Virus record (IMG/VR): IMGVR_UViG_3300047510_001751
Span: 96,001 to 160,000 of that record
Direction: 5' to 3' (one strand)
Origin: a virus
DNA length: 64,000 nucleotides
The number at the start of each line of letters is the position of its first letter. Position 1 is the first letter of the stretch. A model generated the notes under the pieces. The model was given only the letters and a program-made list of their open reading frames with translations, made no database searches and had not been told where the DNA came from. Of the stretch, positions 1 to 8,751 are shown piece after piece. A program made the translations under genes and the position numbers.

Positions 1-1483
1 CATCATTGTCCGTCATCTCTTTAAAATAATCTTGAACAGCCAACCAAGAAAAGATAACTAAACACATTACGAGGTCATCATGAAATCCATCGTCAGCTTC
101 AAACGATTGCTTTTTCTGAATAAATGTGGTAAGCTCAGATATGATTTCGTAATCTCTAAACAAGAGTTTATCATCTTCGATCATCTGCTTCAGGTTTTGA
201 CAACCAACTTTTTTCACAGTGATTGACATCTTAATACCAAGTTGAGTTTTGTTGCCAGAAAAACCTTGACCAACAATCTGTCCAGCACGACCTCTCATTG
301 AACACATTAATACGTTAGGATATTCTAGATCGTAATTAAGAATAGAAGCAACCTGATCACCAACGTCATTTACTTCACACAACACATAGGCATTATTATA
401 TGCTCGGGCAACGTCGTTAATAACGTTGGGAAATAGCATAGGCTTGATTTCGTTGTTTCTATATTTTCCTACGATTTTGTATGGGACTGTTGTAATATCA
501 AATATAATAAAAGCAGAATAATCGCCTCCAATACCTCGGCTAACGTCTGCTGTAATAATGTATTCAGATTTTGAATTTGGAGTTTCATAAATGTCAAGAC
601 CTTTATTAGAACTAATTGGTGTGTCAAATACAAGTGTTCTTAATTTAGAAGCAGCAATAAGAGTATCAACCGATCCTAAAAATTCACACTCAAATTCCTG
701 AGTGAACTGTCGTTGAGAAGTATTTTTAATTGTTTCTTCTTTCCACTTAGCATCACGACCAGGAACTTCAGACCAATGAACCTCAGTCCAGATATAATTA
801 TTCCTTTGGTTTTGAGCGTCTACCCACAACTTATAGAAGTGGTTCATACCATATGGGGTAGAAATAATAATAACTTTAGTTTTTTGTCCCGATGAAATGG
901 TAGGATATACAGACGAGAAGAAATCTTCGGCAATGTGATTTGGAACGAAAGCAAATTCGTCCAAGAAAATAATGTTAAATGACATTCCTCGTACAGCAGA
1001 TGCTGACGTTGAGGCAGCCATAATCTTAGAACCATTCTCTAGTTCCATAGAACCTTTGTTCCACGAGAGAACACCCTGTTGTAACCACTTAGGAAGATTC
1101 TCGTATGCTGTCTGTAATCTTCCTAGTAGGTCACGAGCAGTGGATGCTTTGTTTGCTAGAATACCAATGTTGGAACTATCATTAAACAAAGCATAGTGAA
1201 GCAGATAGGAAACCACAACAGTAGATTTCCCTGTCTGTCTTGGAAGTTTAGCAATGTTGAATCTGTTTTCGTGAAACTTTTTGACTAATTCTTTCTGGAA
1301 GTCATACATCCTAAAAGGAATCAAACCCTCGTCAACCTGAACAATTTTGACATAATTCAGGGCAAAGTATACGGGATCTTCTTTACATTTTAAATATTCT
1401 TTAATTTCTTCTTTAGTCCACTGGTGGGCAACGTTCGCTTTCTTTAAAAGCGGATTGCCCAAATAAATCTGATCACTACTCAT
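1..1483 (-). CDS. gp17: Terminase large subunit (3' end runs off the window)
   Basis: Hand-translated and absent from the ORF track: MSSDQIYLGNPLLKKANV..., Walker A (KLPRQTGKST), Walker B (IIFLDEFAF), nuclease motifs ADVSRG and HDDLVM. Frame is open to the window edge; no intein or intron seen. Confidence 0.97.
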   Translation of the reverse strand, partial: MSSDQIYLGNPLLKKANVAHQWTKEEIKEYLKCKEDPVYFALNYVKIVQVDEGLIPFRMYDFQKELVKKFHENRFNIAKLPRQTGKSTVVVSYLLHYALFNDSSNIGILANKASTARDLLGRLQTAYENLPKWLQQGVLSWNKGSMELENGSKIMAASTSASAVRGMSFNIIFLDEFAFVPNHIAEDFFSSVYPTISSGQKTKVIIISTPYGMNHFYKLWVDAQNQRNNYIWTEVHWSEVPGRDAKWKEETIKNTSQRQFTQEFECEFLGSVDTLIAASKLRTLVFDTPISSNKGLDIYETPNSKSEYIITADVSRGIGGDYSAFIIFDITTVPYKIVGKYRNNEIKPMLFPNVINDVARAYNNAYVLCEVNDVGDQVASILNYDLEYPNVLMCSMRGRAGQIVGQGFSGNKTQLGIKMSITVKKVGCQNLKQMIEDDKLLFRDYEIISELTTFIQKKQSFEADDGFHDDLVMCLVIFSWLAVQDYFKEMTDND

Positions 1484-1721
1484 TCAAACCCCTTTGTATA
1501 TCTTTATCAATAGCATCCATATTATTTAACCTGTTCTCCCATCCTTTACCATCAGTGGTTCCTTTACGAGGATTGATACAAGTATCATCGCCAAACTTGT
1601 CACAAACAAGAGATGCTAATTCTGATTCATCGCCTTTTTTGTTTGTGCCAGTCCAGAAATGTTGCCCGCCGATCCACTGAGCCCCACACTTGGGACATGC
1701 TTTGGTATCCATGAGTATCAC
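1476..1721 (-). CDS. Hypothetical protein with CxxC (CPKCGAQW) and two further Cys, possible Zn-binding
   Basis: ORF track. Stop overlaps the gp17 start; TAAATA late-promoter-like sequence about 20 nt upstream. Confidence 0.8.
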   Translation of the reverse strand: MILMDTKACPKCGAQWIGGQHFWTGTNKKGDESELASLVCDKFGDDTCINPRKGTTDGKGWENRLNNMDAIDKDIQRGLNE

Positions 1722-1799
1722 CTTAAGACGGTTAATATTATATTTAGAATACAGTGTTCACGCTGTAACAATAGTTACTGAAGTTATGTTAAGAAATCC

Positions 1800-2054
1800 T
1801 CACCCTTCGTGCTTGTTATCCATGTAGGAAGCAACAGAATCCATGTAGTCAGCTGCTAAAGTTACCTTTGATTGAACCCAACCAGGAACCTGCATGGTTG
1901 GTGATTGAATAGATGCTTTGAGACGATCACAGCAATGCTTGATCTCTTCAATTTGATTCATGATCATTGCTCCTTCATCATCAAGCTCTTTTCCCATTGC
2001 CACATCAATGTGGTTTTCTGTTAATGATTCTTTGAGTTGTTTAAAAGTTTTCAT
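1800..2054 (-). CDS. Small protein with N-terminal MKTFKQLKE motif, putative internal head protein
   Basis: Start reassigned to the ATG at 2054, 1 nt after the upstream stop. N-terminus resembles the T4 capsid-targeting sequence pattern. Confidence 0.7.
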   Translation of the reverse strand: MKTFKQLKESLTENHIDVAMGKELDDEGAMIMNQIEEIKHCCDRLKASIQSPTMQVPGWVQSKVTLAADYMDSVASYMDNKHEG

Positions 2055-2055
2055 T

Positions 2056-2775
2056 TTAATCCTCCAGTAAAAGTAAATCGAATGCTGCTGTGTAACGACC
2101 ATTATTTGATCTAGTAGTTATACGAACATCAATATCAGATTTTTCGGGAATACGAATTGGGAATGAAAATTCATAATCATATTCTCCTCCAGTGGATACT
2201 TCAAACGAGTGACCTATCCTAAATGATGCTTGACCGAAATAACGAACAAACATATGACCGCTGCCATCAGCAGATGCTTGTGCTGTAGCAACTCCTTTAT
2301 ATAAGTAAGCGGTCTTGCCAGCAGGCACGGTGTAGATTGCCATAAGAGTTTGTGCTTTTGTAGCAGTAATTCTCAATACATCTGTACCATTCTTTGTAAA
2401 GTTTATGTCGCCCACATTATTTGTGGAACCATTTACGAGATACGCTCTAAACACACGCTTGAATGAAACCGTTCCAGCAACAGTAGCGGTGCTTGATAGC
2501 GTAAATGTTTCCGATATTTCGTTGTAGTTAGCATCTAGTCCAAGTACAGTAACTTGCTTTCCATTATCGGAAGCGTTGGCAATAGAAGCAGTAATAATTC
2601 CAGCAGTATCAAAAGCACTCCATGGATAAATGGTGTCGTTTTTATCCCACACAGTTCCTGTAGTGCTTTGAGATAGTGCGGGGACAGCGCCAAACTTATG
2701 AATGGTTGATGCTCCACGGACTTTGCCCCTTGATACATTTAATCTAAAATTTTCGTCCCAATTAAAATTAGCCAT
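2056..2775 (-). CDS. Hypothetical protein, probably beta-rich structural protein (239 aa)
   Basis: ORF track; tightly packed in the late operon. Confidence 0.8.
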   Translation of the reverse strand: MANFNWDENFRLNVSRGKVRGASTIHKFGAVPALSQSTTGTVWDKNDTIYPWSAFDTAGIITASIANASDNGKQVTVLGLDANYNEISETFTLSSTATVAGTVSFKRVFRAYLVNGSTNNVGDINFTKNGTDVLRITATKAQTLMAIYTVPAGKTAYLYKGVATAQASADGSGHMFVRYFGQASFRIGHSFEVSTGGEYDYEFSFPIRIPEKSDIDVRITTRSNNGRYTAAFDLLLLED

Positions 2776-3026
2776 TAGTTTTTATAAGCGACTTTAACAG
2801 CTTTAATACCAGAGCCACCCTCAATAGTGTCTGTGGGATCTTTTTCTACATAGGCAACTTCGCCACCAGCCAAAGTAAAAGTTCCTAAAGTAACAGGAGT
2901 ATCATCAGCATTTTTTAAAGTAACTAAAGCGGCAGAGCCAGTGTTATAAAGCCTTACAACAGTTGCTTTGCCAACATCAGTAGCAGCTGCAAGAGTAGTT
3001 TCCGATCCCAATAATTTGACTAACAT
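2775..3026 (-). CDS. Hypothetical protein (83 aa)
   Basis: ORF track; ATAAATA promoter 20 nt upstream. Confidence 0.8.
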   Translation of the reverse strand: MLVKLLGSETTLAAATDVGKATVVRLYNTGSAALVTLKNADDTPVTLGTFTLAGGEVAYVEKDPTDTIEGGSGIKAVKVAYKN

Positions 3027-3045
3027 TGCTTTATCTTTTATTGAC

Positions 3046-3052
3046 TATTTAT
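3046..3052 (-). promoter_or_regulatory. T4-type late promoter (ATAAATA)
   Basis: tatttat on the + strand just upstream of the 3026 start. Confidence 0.65.
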
Positions 3053-3471
3053 CCTTCGGGTAAATTTTTGCCCATTTCTTTAATCATCTTTTGAAGATCA
3101 GCAGTGCTACCAACAAACATTGTATTGTTAACTGTAGTTGGTCCAGCACCTTTCATTGGAGCATCGAGGTCTTTCATTTTCTTCTGAAGATCAATTAATT
3201 TATCAGTCATGTCTGAGACCTGCTTCATAGCGTTCACAGCGACTTCAAACGCTCGGGGGTGCCCAGACTCCTGAGCAACCTCTAAAGCCCCTTGTACAGC
3301 CTCCTGGCCCTTCTCTATGAGGTCGTAGAGTTGACCACGAGTATATTCGTAATCTTTTTCTGGATCATCTTTTTTGGCAGGAGGTATTTTTTCTGATTTA
3401 ACAATTTCTGTTGTTTCAGTTTCAACTTCAATATCAAATATTTGTTCCATATTTTTTTCAAATTCGTTCAT
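3049..3471 (-). CDS. gp16: Terminase small subunit
   Basis: DYEYTRGQLYDLIEKGQEA...HPRAFEVA...DKLIDLQKKMK and NNTMFVGST motifs; position between gp15 and gp17. Confidence 0.93.
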   Translation of the reverse strand: MNEFEKNMEQIFDIEVETETTEIVKSEKIPPAKKDDPEKDYEYTRGQLYDLIEKGQEAVQGALEVAQESGHPRAFEVAVNAMKQVSDMTDKLIDLQKKMKDLDAPMKGAGPTTVNNTMFVGSTADLQKMIKEMGKNLPEG

Positions 3472-4280
3472 AGTAGATCAATAGTTCCATTAAATCCAAA
3501 GTCATCGTCTGGCATCACAAAAGCATCATCTGCTGAAGTAATTACTCCATCTTCATTATAATCTTCTAATGCTTTTGGACTATACGAGAATCTAGCATTA
3601 CGCTTACTTTCTTGTAGATCGCCAACAGTTTCGTAAATAATAGCCTTACGGATGATGTCAGCCTGATTGAAAGGACCATAGATATATGACTTGGCAGTAA
3701 ATTGAAAAGTCCAAGTAATTGATCTACGGTTAGCGTACTCACCATCCCATGAATCATCAAGATCAATATTGTTTAATACTATAGCAACGTCTTTCTTTTC
3801 ATCCATGTCTGGAATGAAATTAATTGTGACATTGAAATTTGGTTGGAAGTATGGTAGAATCTGTTCGACAATCTGTAGTCCATCATCCTGTGACTTCACT
3901 AGAACTCCTAGTTCAAAATCAATATTGTAAGGAACAGGAACATACTGAACTCTTACTTCATTGCCATTATCAGCAACAACAGTTCTGTATTTTTGAATAG
4001 GACTTACTTTTCTGGCACTATCATAATTAATATTAGTCATCTCGAAATACATACGAGGTAATCTCATATACTCGTATGGTGCTCCTGGAGTAGGATCTGG
4101 GTTCTGCTCGATACGAGCCAAGAACTTATCCTTTGGACCATAAGCAAGAGGAACTTTCTGGACCTCAAGAACTTCTTTGGTTTGAGGATCTTTTCTTTGA
4201 ACCTCGATATTGTTGAATAGTGTTCCGAAGCCAACTACAGTTTTTCGTATTGCTTCGTTATAAAAATGAGTTCCTAACAT
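3468..4280 (-). CDS. gp15: Tail sheath stabiliser / tail completion protein
   Basis: MLGTHFYNEAIRKTVVGFGTLFNNI, VPLAYGPKDKFLARI, LPRMYFEM, PVPYNIDFEL, EQILPYFQP motifs. Confidence 0.95.
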   Translation of the reverse strand: MLGTHFYNEAIRKTVVGFGTLFNNIEVQRKDPQTKEVLEVQKVPLAYGPKDKFLARIEQNPDPTPGAPYEYMRLPRMYFEMTNINYDSARKVSPIQKYRTVVADNGNEVRVQYVPVPYNIDFELGVLVKSQDDGLQIVEQILPYFQPNFNVTINFIPDMDEKKDVAIVLNNIDLDDSWDGEYANRRSITWTFQFTAKSYIYGPFNQADIIRKAIIYETVGDLQESKRNARFSYSPKALEDYNEDGVITSADDAFVMPDDDFGFNGTIDLL

Positions 4281-5158
4281 TAAAAGCTATCCATAAAATT
4301 GCCATACTCTCCAAATGGATTCTTTTCACTAAAATCAAGAATGCCATCTGACTCGTCTTGAATATATTTATTTTGATCGTAATCAGTATTAGGATCTTCT
4401 TGAGTTCTGAACGATTCTACAACCCAATCAGCTTCAGATTCTGAGCCAACTAACATTTCATCTTCAACAAATGTTCCATCTCTAGTAATAACACGAAGAG
4501 TATTTGTTTCGGAATTCCAACTAGAAACTTTAGCAGTAACACCAGATACACTTCCAGTTACAATTTCGCCAACTTCATAAGGAACAATACCACTACCAGA
4601 AACCATCACAATATCAATAGCAGGAGTAAGAATATTTTCAATGAGATCAATATCAGCAATTCCAGTATCAATAGATTCATTGCCCATCTCATAGATCTCG
4701 GCAGTGATCTGATAAAACTGTAGTTTACCAAATTGATGGAATACAGCTTCTACTTCCACGAATTTAATTTCGTAAAGATCTTTGGTGAGAGGGAAGAATA
4801 ATAAGTCACCTTCCAGTGGTCTTATAATACTCTTATAATCGTTAGCTGTTGCTTCTTGAATCCATCTTCTCTGGGATACAATAAATTTAATCTCATCAGT
4901 TACCTTGAGACCAAATTTACTAATAAATTCTGATTGTCCAAATCCTTCTACATTTTGAAGATACATTTCAATCTTGAATTGCTCTTCAAATTTTGAGTAG
5001 ATAATATCGTCTAGTGTATTTTCATTCAGTAACGTTCTTGGTAGATAATAGATATCCGTTCCAAACAGTTTAATCTGTTCGTCAACAAGATCTTGAACGA
5101 GACTTTGCTCGCCCGAATATCCACTATAGTATTCTGGAAAGTAAGGACTAGTAGGCAT
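4280..5158 (-). CDS. gp14: Neck protein
   Basis: EQIKLFGTDIYYLPR, SKFGLKVTDE, PLEGDLLFFP, FEIKFVE-like and NPFGE motifs; synteny. Confidence 0.95.
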   Translation of the reverse strand: MPTSPYFPEYYSGYSGEQSLVQDLVDEQIKLFGTDIYYLPRTLLNENTLDDIIYSKFEEQFKIEMYLQNVEGFGQSEFISKFGLKVTDEIKFIVSQRRWIQEATANDYKSIIRPLEGDLLFFPLTKDLYEIKFVEVEAVFHQFGKLQFYQITAEIYEMGNESIDTGIADIDLIENILTPAIDIVMVSGSGIVPYEVGEIVTGSVSGVTAKVSSWNSETNTLRVITRDGTFVEDEMLVGSESEADWVVESFRTQEDPNTDYDQNKYIQDESDGILDFSEKNPFGEYGNFMDSF

Positions 5159-5159
5159 C

Positions 5160-5990
5160 TTATCCGATCATATCCATTGGAGGTAGGGAGTAATCTGTGA
5201 GCATTCTTGCTTCTAGATCTTTAACTTCATTGTCGCCATCCTCCCAGATCTGACGACCATTTAATGTAATGCCACCAGGCAATTGAACGTTATTATATTT
5301 GATGAGGTTCTGACCCCACTGACGCTTCATTAAGGCAGTGGCGTAACGCTTAACAAAACTATCATTCCATACCTGACCCCATTCTGCTGGATCTAAAGCA
5401 CGATAGCAATCAATAACCAGATAGTTGCCCTCAGTAATTCTATCAACATCAATGTCAAGATATAATCTATCTTGTCTCTTGTTGAAACGAAACTCAACGA
5501 GAGCACCAGTGTTAATGACCATATCGATATCTTCAAAATATCTTTTGATCATGTAGTAGTTTGCTAGGTCAAAGTGACCAAAAGTATAACCAGCAGAAAA
5601 TGAAAAGATATCCATGAGGAAATACTGATTACTAAATCCCCACATGTCATTACGAGCAAAGTTAGAGGTAACACCAAATACCTTTTGTATACCAATTACA
5701 TGATCTGGTACTTCAATGAAATTTTTTCTATTAATCCATTCTGATCCATCTGGATCTGCTGTGTTAGTAAGTTCGTCTGTTTCTTTAAATCTTGTTACAT
5801 CATCGGCAGTAATTTGATGCTTGAGATACATTCTCTCGATGCCATCAAAGTGATACTCTTGGTAATATTGGATAGCAGTATCAATAATATCATCAACTTG
5901 ATCATCATCAATATTAATTTGTAGCACAGGAGCACCTAACTGTCTCTTACAGTAATTAACTAGTTCCTGTCTTGATGATGGCTTTGCCAT
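5160..5990 (-). CDS. gp13: Neck protein
   Basis: SRQELVNYCKRQLGAPVLQINI, KRQWGQNLIKY, LPGGITLNG motifs. Confidence 0.96.
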   Translation of the reverse strand: MAKPSSRQELVNYCKRQLGAPVLQINIDDDQVDDIIDTAIQYYQEYHFDGIERMYLKHQITADDVTRFKETDELTNTADPDGSEWINRKNFIEVPDHVIGIQKVFGVTSNFARNDMWGFSNQYFLMDIFSFSAGYTFGHFDLANYYMIKRYFEDIDMVINTGALVEFRFNKRQDRLYLDIDVDRITEGNYLVIDCYRALDPAEWGQVWNDSFVKRYATALMKRQWGQNLIKYNNVQLPGGITLNGRQIWEDGDNEVKDLEARMLTDYSLPPMDMIG

Positions 5991-6001
5991 TTAATTAGAT
6001 A

Positions 6002-6036
6002 CAAAAAATCCCTACCTGTATTTAGCAGATAGGGAT
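6002..6036 (-). terminator. Intrinsic terminator hairpin with a TAAATA late promoter in its loop
   Basis: Minus strand reads ATCCCTATCTG-CTAAATA-CAGGTAGGGAT-TTTTT, directly upstream of gp13. Confidence 0.65.
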
Positions 6037-6056
6037 ATTGGGTTATATTTATTTAA

Positions 6057-6242
6057 TTATTCTGCTGAAGCTTCTTCTGTCTCTTCTGCTGGAGGATTGA
6101 GAAGAGCTAGGGTTTCAAGACCACCCTGAAGTTTCAGTTTATATTCTTTTGCTTTTTCGAGGTTTGCTTCGAGTTCGAAAATTTGCTTTTCTGCTGTAGC
6201 AAGTTGCTCTTCGAAGTTCTTTTTGAGTTGTTCAGTGTCCAT
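6057..6242 (-). CDS. Small acidic coiled-coil protein (MDTEQLKKNFEEQL...)
   Basis: Start reassigned to 6242 because a perfect TATAAATA lies at 6272-6279. Confidence 0.75.
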   Translation of the reverse strand: MDTEQLKKNFEEQLATAEKQIFELEANLEKAKEYKLKLQGGLETLALLNPPAEETEEASAE

Positions 6243-6270
6243 GTCGTTAATGTAAAATGATGTGACTAAT

Positions 6271-6948
6271 TTATTTATATACCTCCATAAAGTAAACCAT
6301 AGTGTGCCTAACATCAGTTGCCCATCTGGGACCTATTGTTGAAGCATGATGAACATTACCATCGTATATAATTAATCTATTATATTTTGCTGGCAAAAAT
6401 CCAATTTTATTTACATCAGAATGCTCTACCCATGATTGTGATGTTTTATGTAATCCATGTTTATTAAATATTGCTGTTCCATCAGTATCGTCATATTCTT
6501 TATTAAAATATGTAATACTTGCTATAGTATTTGGACCATCTTGATGAGGACCGTAGTAACAATTTTTGTATTTTAAATACGCTTCTGGCGTTATATTAAA
6601 TAAATTATTTGACAACAAAAATGTTTTTTCCGTTGATATATCTACAGGAATTAAATTAAAACATTTGTTTACTATATCTTCTAAAACAGATATAAACAAT
6701 TCTTTTTTGTAAAAAACAAATTGTGACCTACCATCATAATACTCCGTTCCATTGGCAGGAACATCATACGCTCCCGCTAATTTTACAGTTGGTATTTTTA
6801 AAGCTAACTCATGTATTTTATCAGGATACGTCCAAAAATCATCAATAACTAAGTAATCTCCCCACGTATCACTATAAACTTTAACGTCAAAATTATTTAC
6901 GGAAAAAATATCCGAAGTAATTAAATCAGGTAAATTAATATTATTCAT
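6271..6948 (-). CDS. 2OG-Fe(II) oxygenase-like protein (DUF6445-like)
   Basis: VIDDFW, H-x-D (PHQD), ITYFN...GTA, YNRLIIYDG..HHA: a DSBH facial-triad pattern. Confidence 0.75.
   Translation of the reverse strand: MNNINLPDLITSDIFSVNNFDVKVYSDTWGDYLVIDDFWTYPDKIHELALKIPTVKLAGAYDVPANGTEYYDGRSQFVFYKKELFISVLEDIVNKCFNLIPVDISTEKTFLLSNNLFNITPEAYLKYKNCYYGPHQDGPNTIASITYFNKEYDDTDGTAIFNKHGLHKTSQSWVEHSDVNKIGFLPAKYNRLIIYDGNVHHASTIGPRWATDVRHTMVYFMEVYK
6272..6279 (-). promoter_or_regulatory. T4 late promoter TATAAATA
   Basis: Exact consensus, overlapping the stop of the upstream gene. Confidence 0.7.
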
Positions 6949-7535
6949 ACAAATCTAGGACCTAATATCCATCCAACCAAAGATTTTCTATTACCTTTTT
7001 TTACTTTTAAAACTCTATGTTTTAATGAGCTATCAAATACAGCAATAACTCCTCGTTCTTTTGGCACAGTAAATAATTCATTAGTAGATGAAGACATTAT
7101 TTGAACATCACCACCTTCATATTCAGATGGATCCGATAATTGTAATGTAAAAGATAATTTTCTTACATCTCCATTTTGATATGGATTGATAGAATCTGTG
7201 TGCCAATTATAAAATTCTCCTTCGGAATATGTAGTATATTGAATTTGATTTTGATCGAAAGAATGAATATTATAATTAAAATTTTCTTTATTTGCTATTT
7301 TTATAAAATAATCACACATAGCCCCAACCCACGTAGAAGAATTAATAAATTGAATTTTACTTTTTCTTATATTTAAATTTACTCCCTCTCCCGTCATTCC
7401 GTAATCTAATTCATCTTCATTCACATTAAAATTATTTTTTAATTCCTTTTCAATAATATCAACTATATCTTTGGGCAATCCAGTGCTAACCCAATACATA
7501 TCAAATTTTTCTGACGGCGAATTAAATTTAAGCAT
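6945..7535 (-). CDS. 2OG-Fe(II) oxygenase, prolyl-4-hydroxylase/PKHD-like
   Basis: QYTTY..GEFYNWHTD, RKLSFTLQLSDPSEYEGGD, FDSSLKHRV, RKSLVGW. Confidence 0.92.
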   Translation of the reverse strand: MLKFNSPSEKFDMYWVSTGLPKDIVDIIEKELKNNFNVNEDELDYGMTGEGVNLNIRKSKIQFINSSTWVGAMCDYFIKIANKENFNYNIHSFDQNQIQYTTYSEGEFYNWHTDSINPYQNGDVRKLSFTLQLSDPSEYEGGDVQIMSSSTNELFTVPKERGVIAVFDSSLKHRVLKVKKGNRKSLVGWILGPRFV

Positions 7536-8112
7536 TACTGTCCTCCATAAAAGATTTTAATATATCCTGAATATAAATATTACCCTCACCGCCATCATAT
7601 TGAAATACCATAGTCAATCTTCCGTTAGATTCAGATAAACATGTAGATGGTCTAGATCCGTGATGTAAAGATGTTGGAGCAATAACAACTCTACCTGGCT
7701 TGGGTAAAACCGAAATTGTAAAATCTGGGTTTTCTGATTTCGAAAAATATGTATCACCTCCCCAATGTTGCTCCCATTTAGTGTTTAGATATACTATAAA
7801 ACTAATTCCGTATGGGGTATCATAGCAATCTCGATGAGTGTCACAAAAATCTAATTGTTTAAATAAATTAATCAATACTCTATTAAAATTTGGGATATCA
7901 AAAGAAAAATTTTGTTTTAATTTTTCCAAAACCAAATTTACTACAAAATCATCTTTTTCTGGAAAGGCAGTAAAACTAGAAATTCTGTTTGTTATATCGT
8001 TAGTTAATCTATAAATTTGTAATCCATACGCCCACTTTTCTAAATCTTCAATTTCTTCTGGTAAAAAAATGTCATCAACAATAATGACATCTTCAATGTA
8101 ATTAATTTTCAC
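7528..8112 (-). CDS. 2OG-Fe(II) oxygenase (EGLN/prolyl hydroxylase-like)
   Basis: HRD, IVYLNTKWEQHWGGDTYF, PKPGRVVI..HG, RLTMVF. Confidence 0.9.
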   Translation of the reverse strand: MKINYIEDVIIVDDIFLPEEIEDLEKWAYGLQIYRLTNDITNRISSFTAFPEKDDFVVNLVLEKLKQNFSFDIPNFNRVLINLFKQLDFCDTHRDCYDTPYGISFIVYLNTKWEQHWGGDTYFSKSENPDFTISVLPKPGRVVIAPTSLHHGSRPSTCLSESNGRLTMVFQYDGGEGNIYIQDILKSFMEDSNA

Positions 8113-8728
8113 GACTATAAATGCTCCGAAACCATCCAGTTAAAATATATTTGTTTTTTGTAAATACTGTATTGCCTCTATGTAAATGAGTATAAGCAGC
8201 GGGCCAAATGAGAGTAGTACCAGCGGTAGGTTTAACTCTTAATTTTTGATGAAAAAATTCTGTTTCAGCTTCTCCATCAGGCATATCATTTAAATAAATC
8301 ATCCATGCTACATGCCTACTATTAAAAAATTGAGATGATCCCACACGTTCAGTGTGCCAAACATGATAACCTCCCCCAGGCGGGGTTCGCTGCATTTTAA
8401 TTTCCGTACAGGCTAAAGCAGTTGTATTTAAATCTGGATATTCTTTAGAATATTTGTCGTATGCTATTTGTAAATATTCGTAACAAGTATCAGATAATCC
8501 ATTATCTAAAATATTTAAAAATATTGAAATATCATTTCTTCCAGTTATACCCAAATTAAATTGTTTATCACCTGAAGATATTACGGTGTCATCTTCTGTA
8601 GTGTAATTTACATCTCCAAAATTCATTAATTTTTTGTTTGTTGTAAATTCAAACCATTCAATATATTCTTCACATAATTGTTTAGGCAAAAGATTTTCAA
8701 AAATTCCAATATGATCAATTATTTTCAT
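8102..8728 (-). CDS. 2OG-Fe(II) oxygenase, cyanophage prolyl-4-hydroxylase-like type
   Basis: MQRTPPGGGYHVWHTE, WMIYLND...ETEF, IWPAAYTHLHRGN, KYILTGW. Confidence 0.92.
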   Translation of the reverse strand: MKIIDHIGIFENLLPKQLCEEYIEWFEFTTNKKLMNFGDVNYTTEDDTVISSGDKQFNLGITGRNDISIFLNILDNGLSDTCYEYLQIAYDKYSKEYPDLNTTALACTEIKMQRTPPGGGYHVWHTERVGSSQFFNSRHVAWMIYLNDMPDGEAETEFFHQKLRVKPTAGTTLIWPAAYTHLHRGNTVFTKNKYILTGWFRSIYSREN

Positions 8729-8751
8729 AGTTAATTTTTATCTACTAGTAT

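Noticed and set aside
713-1196. Short ORFs 713-895(+), 844-1035(-), 972-1196(+)
   Set aside because: They lie inside the intact gp17 frame, which the track missed because it is truncated by the window edge.
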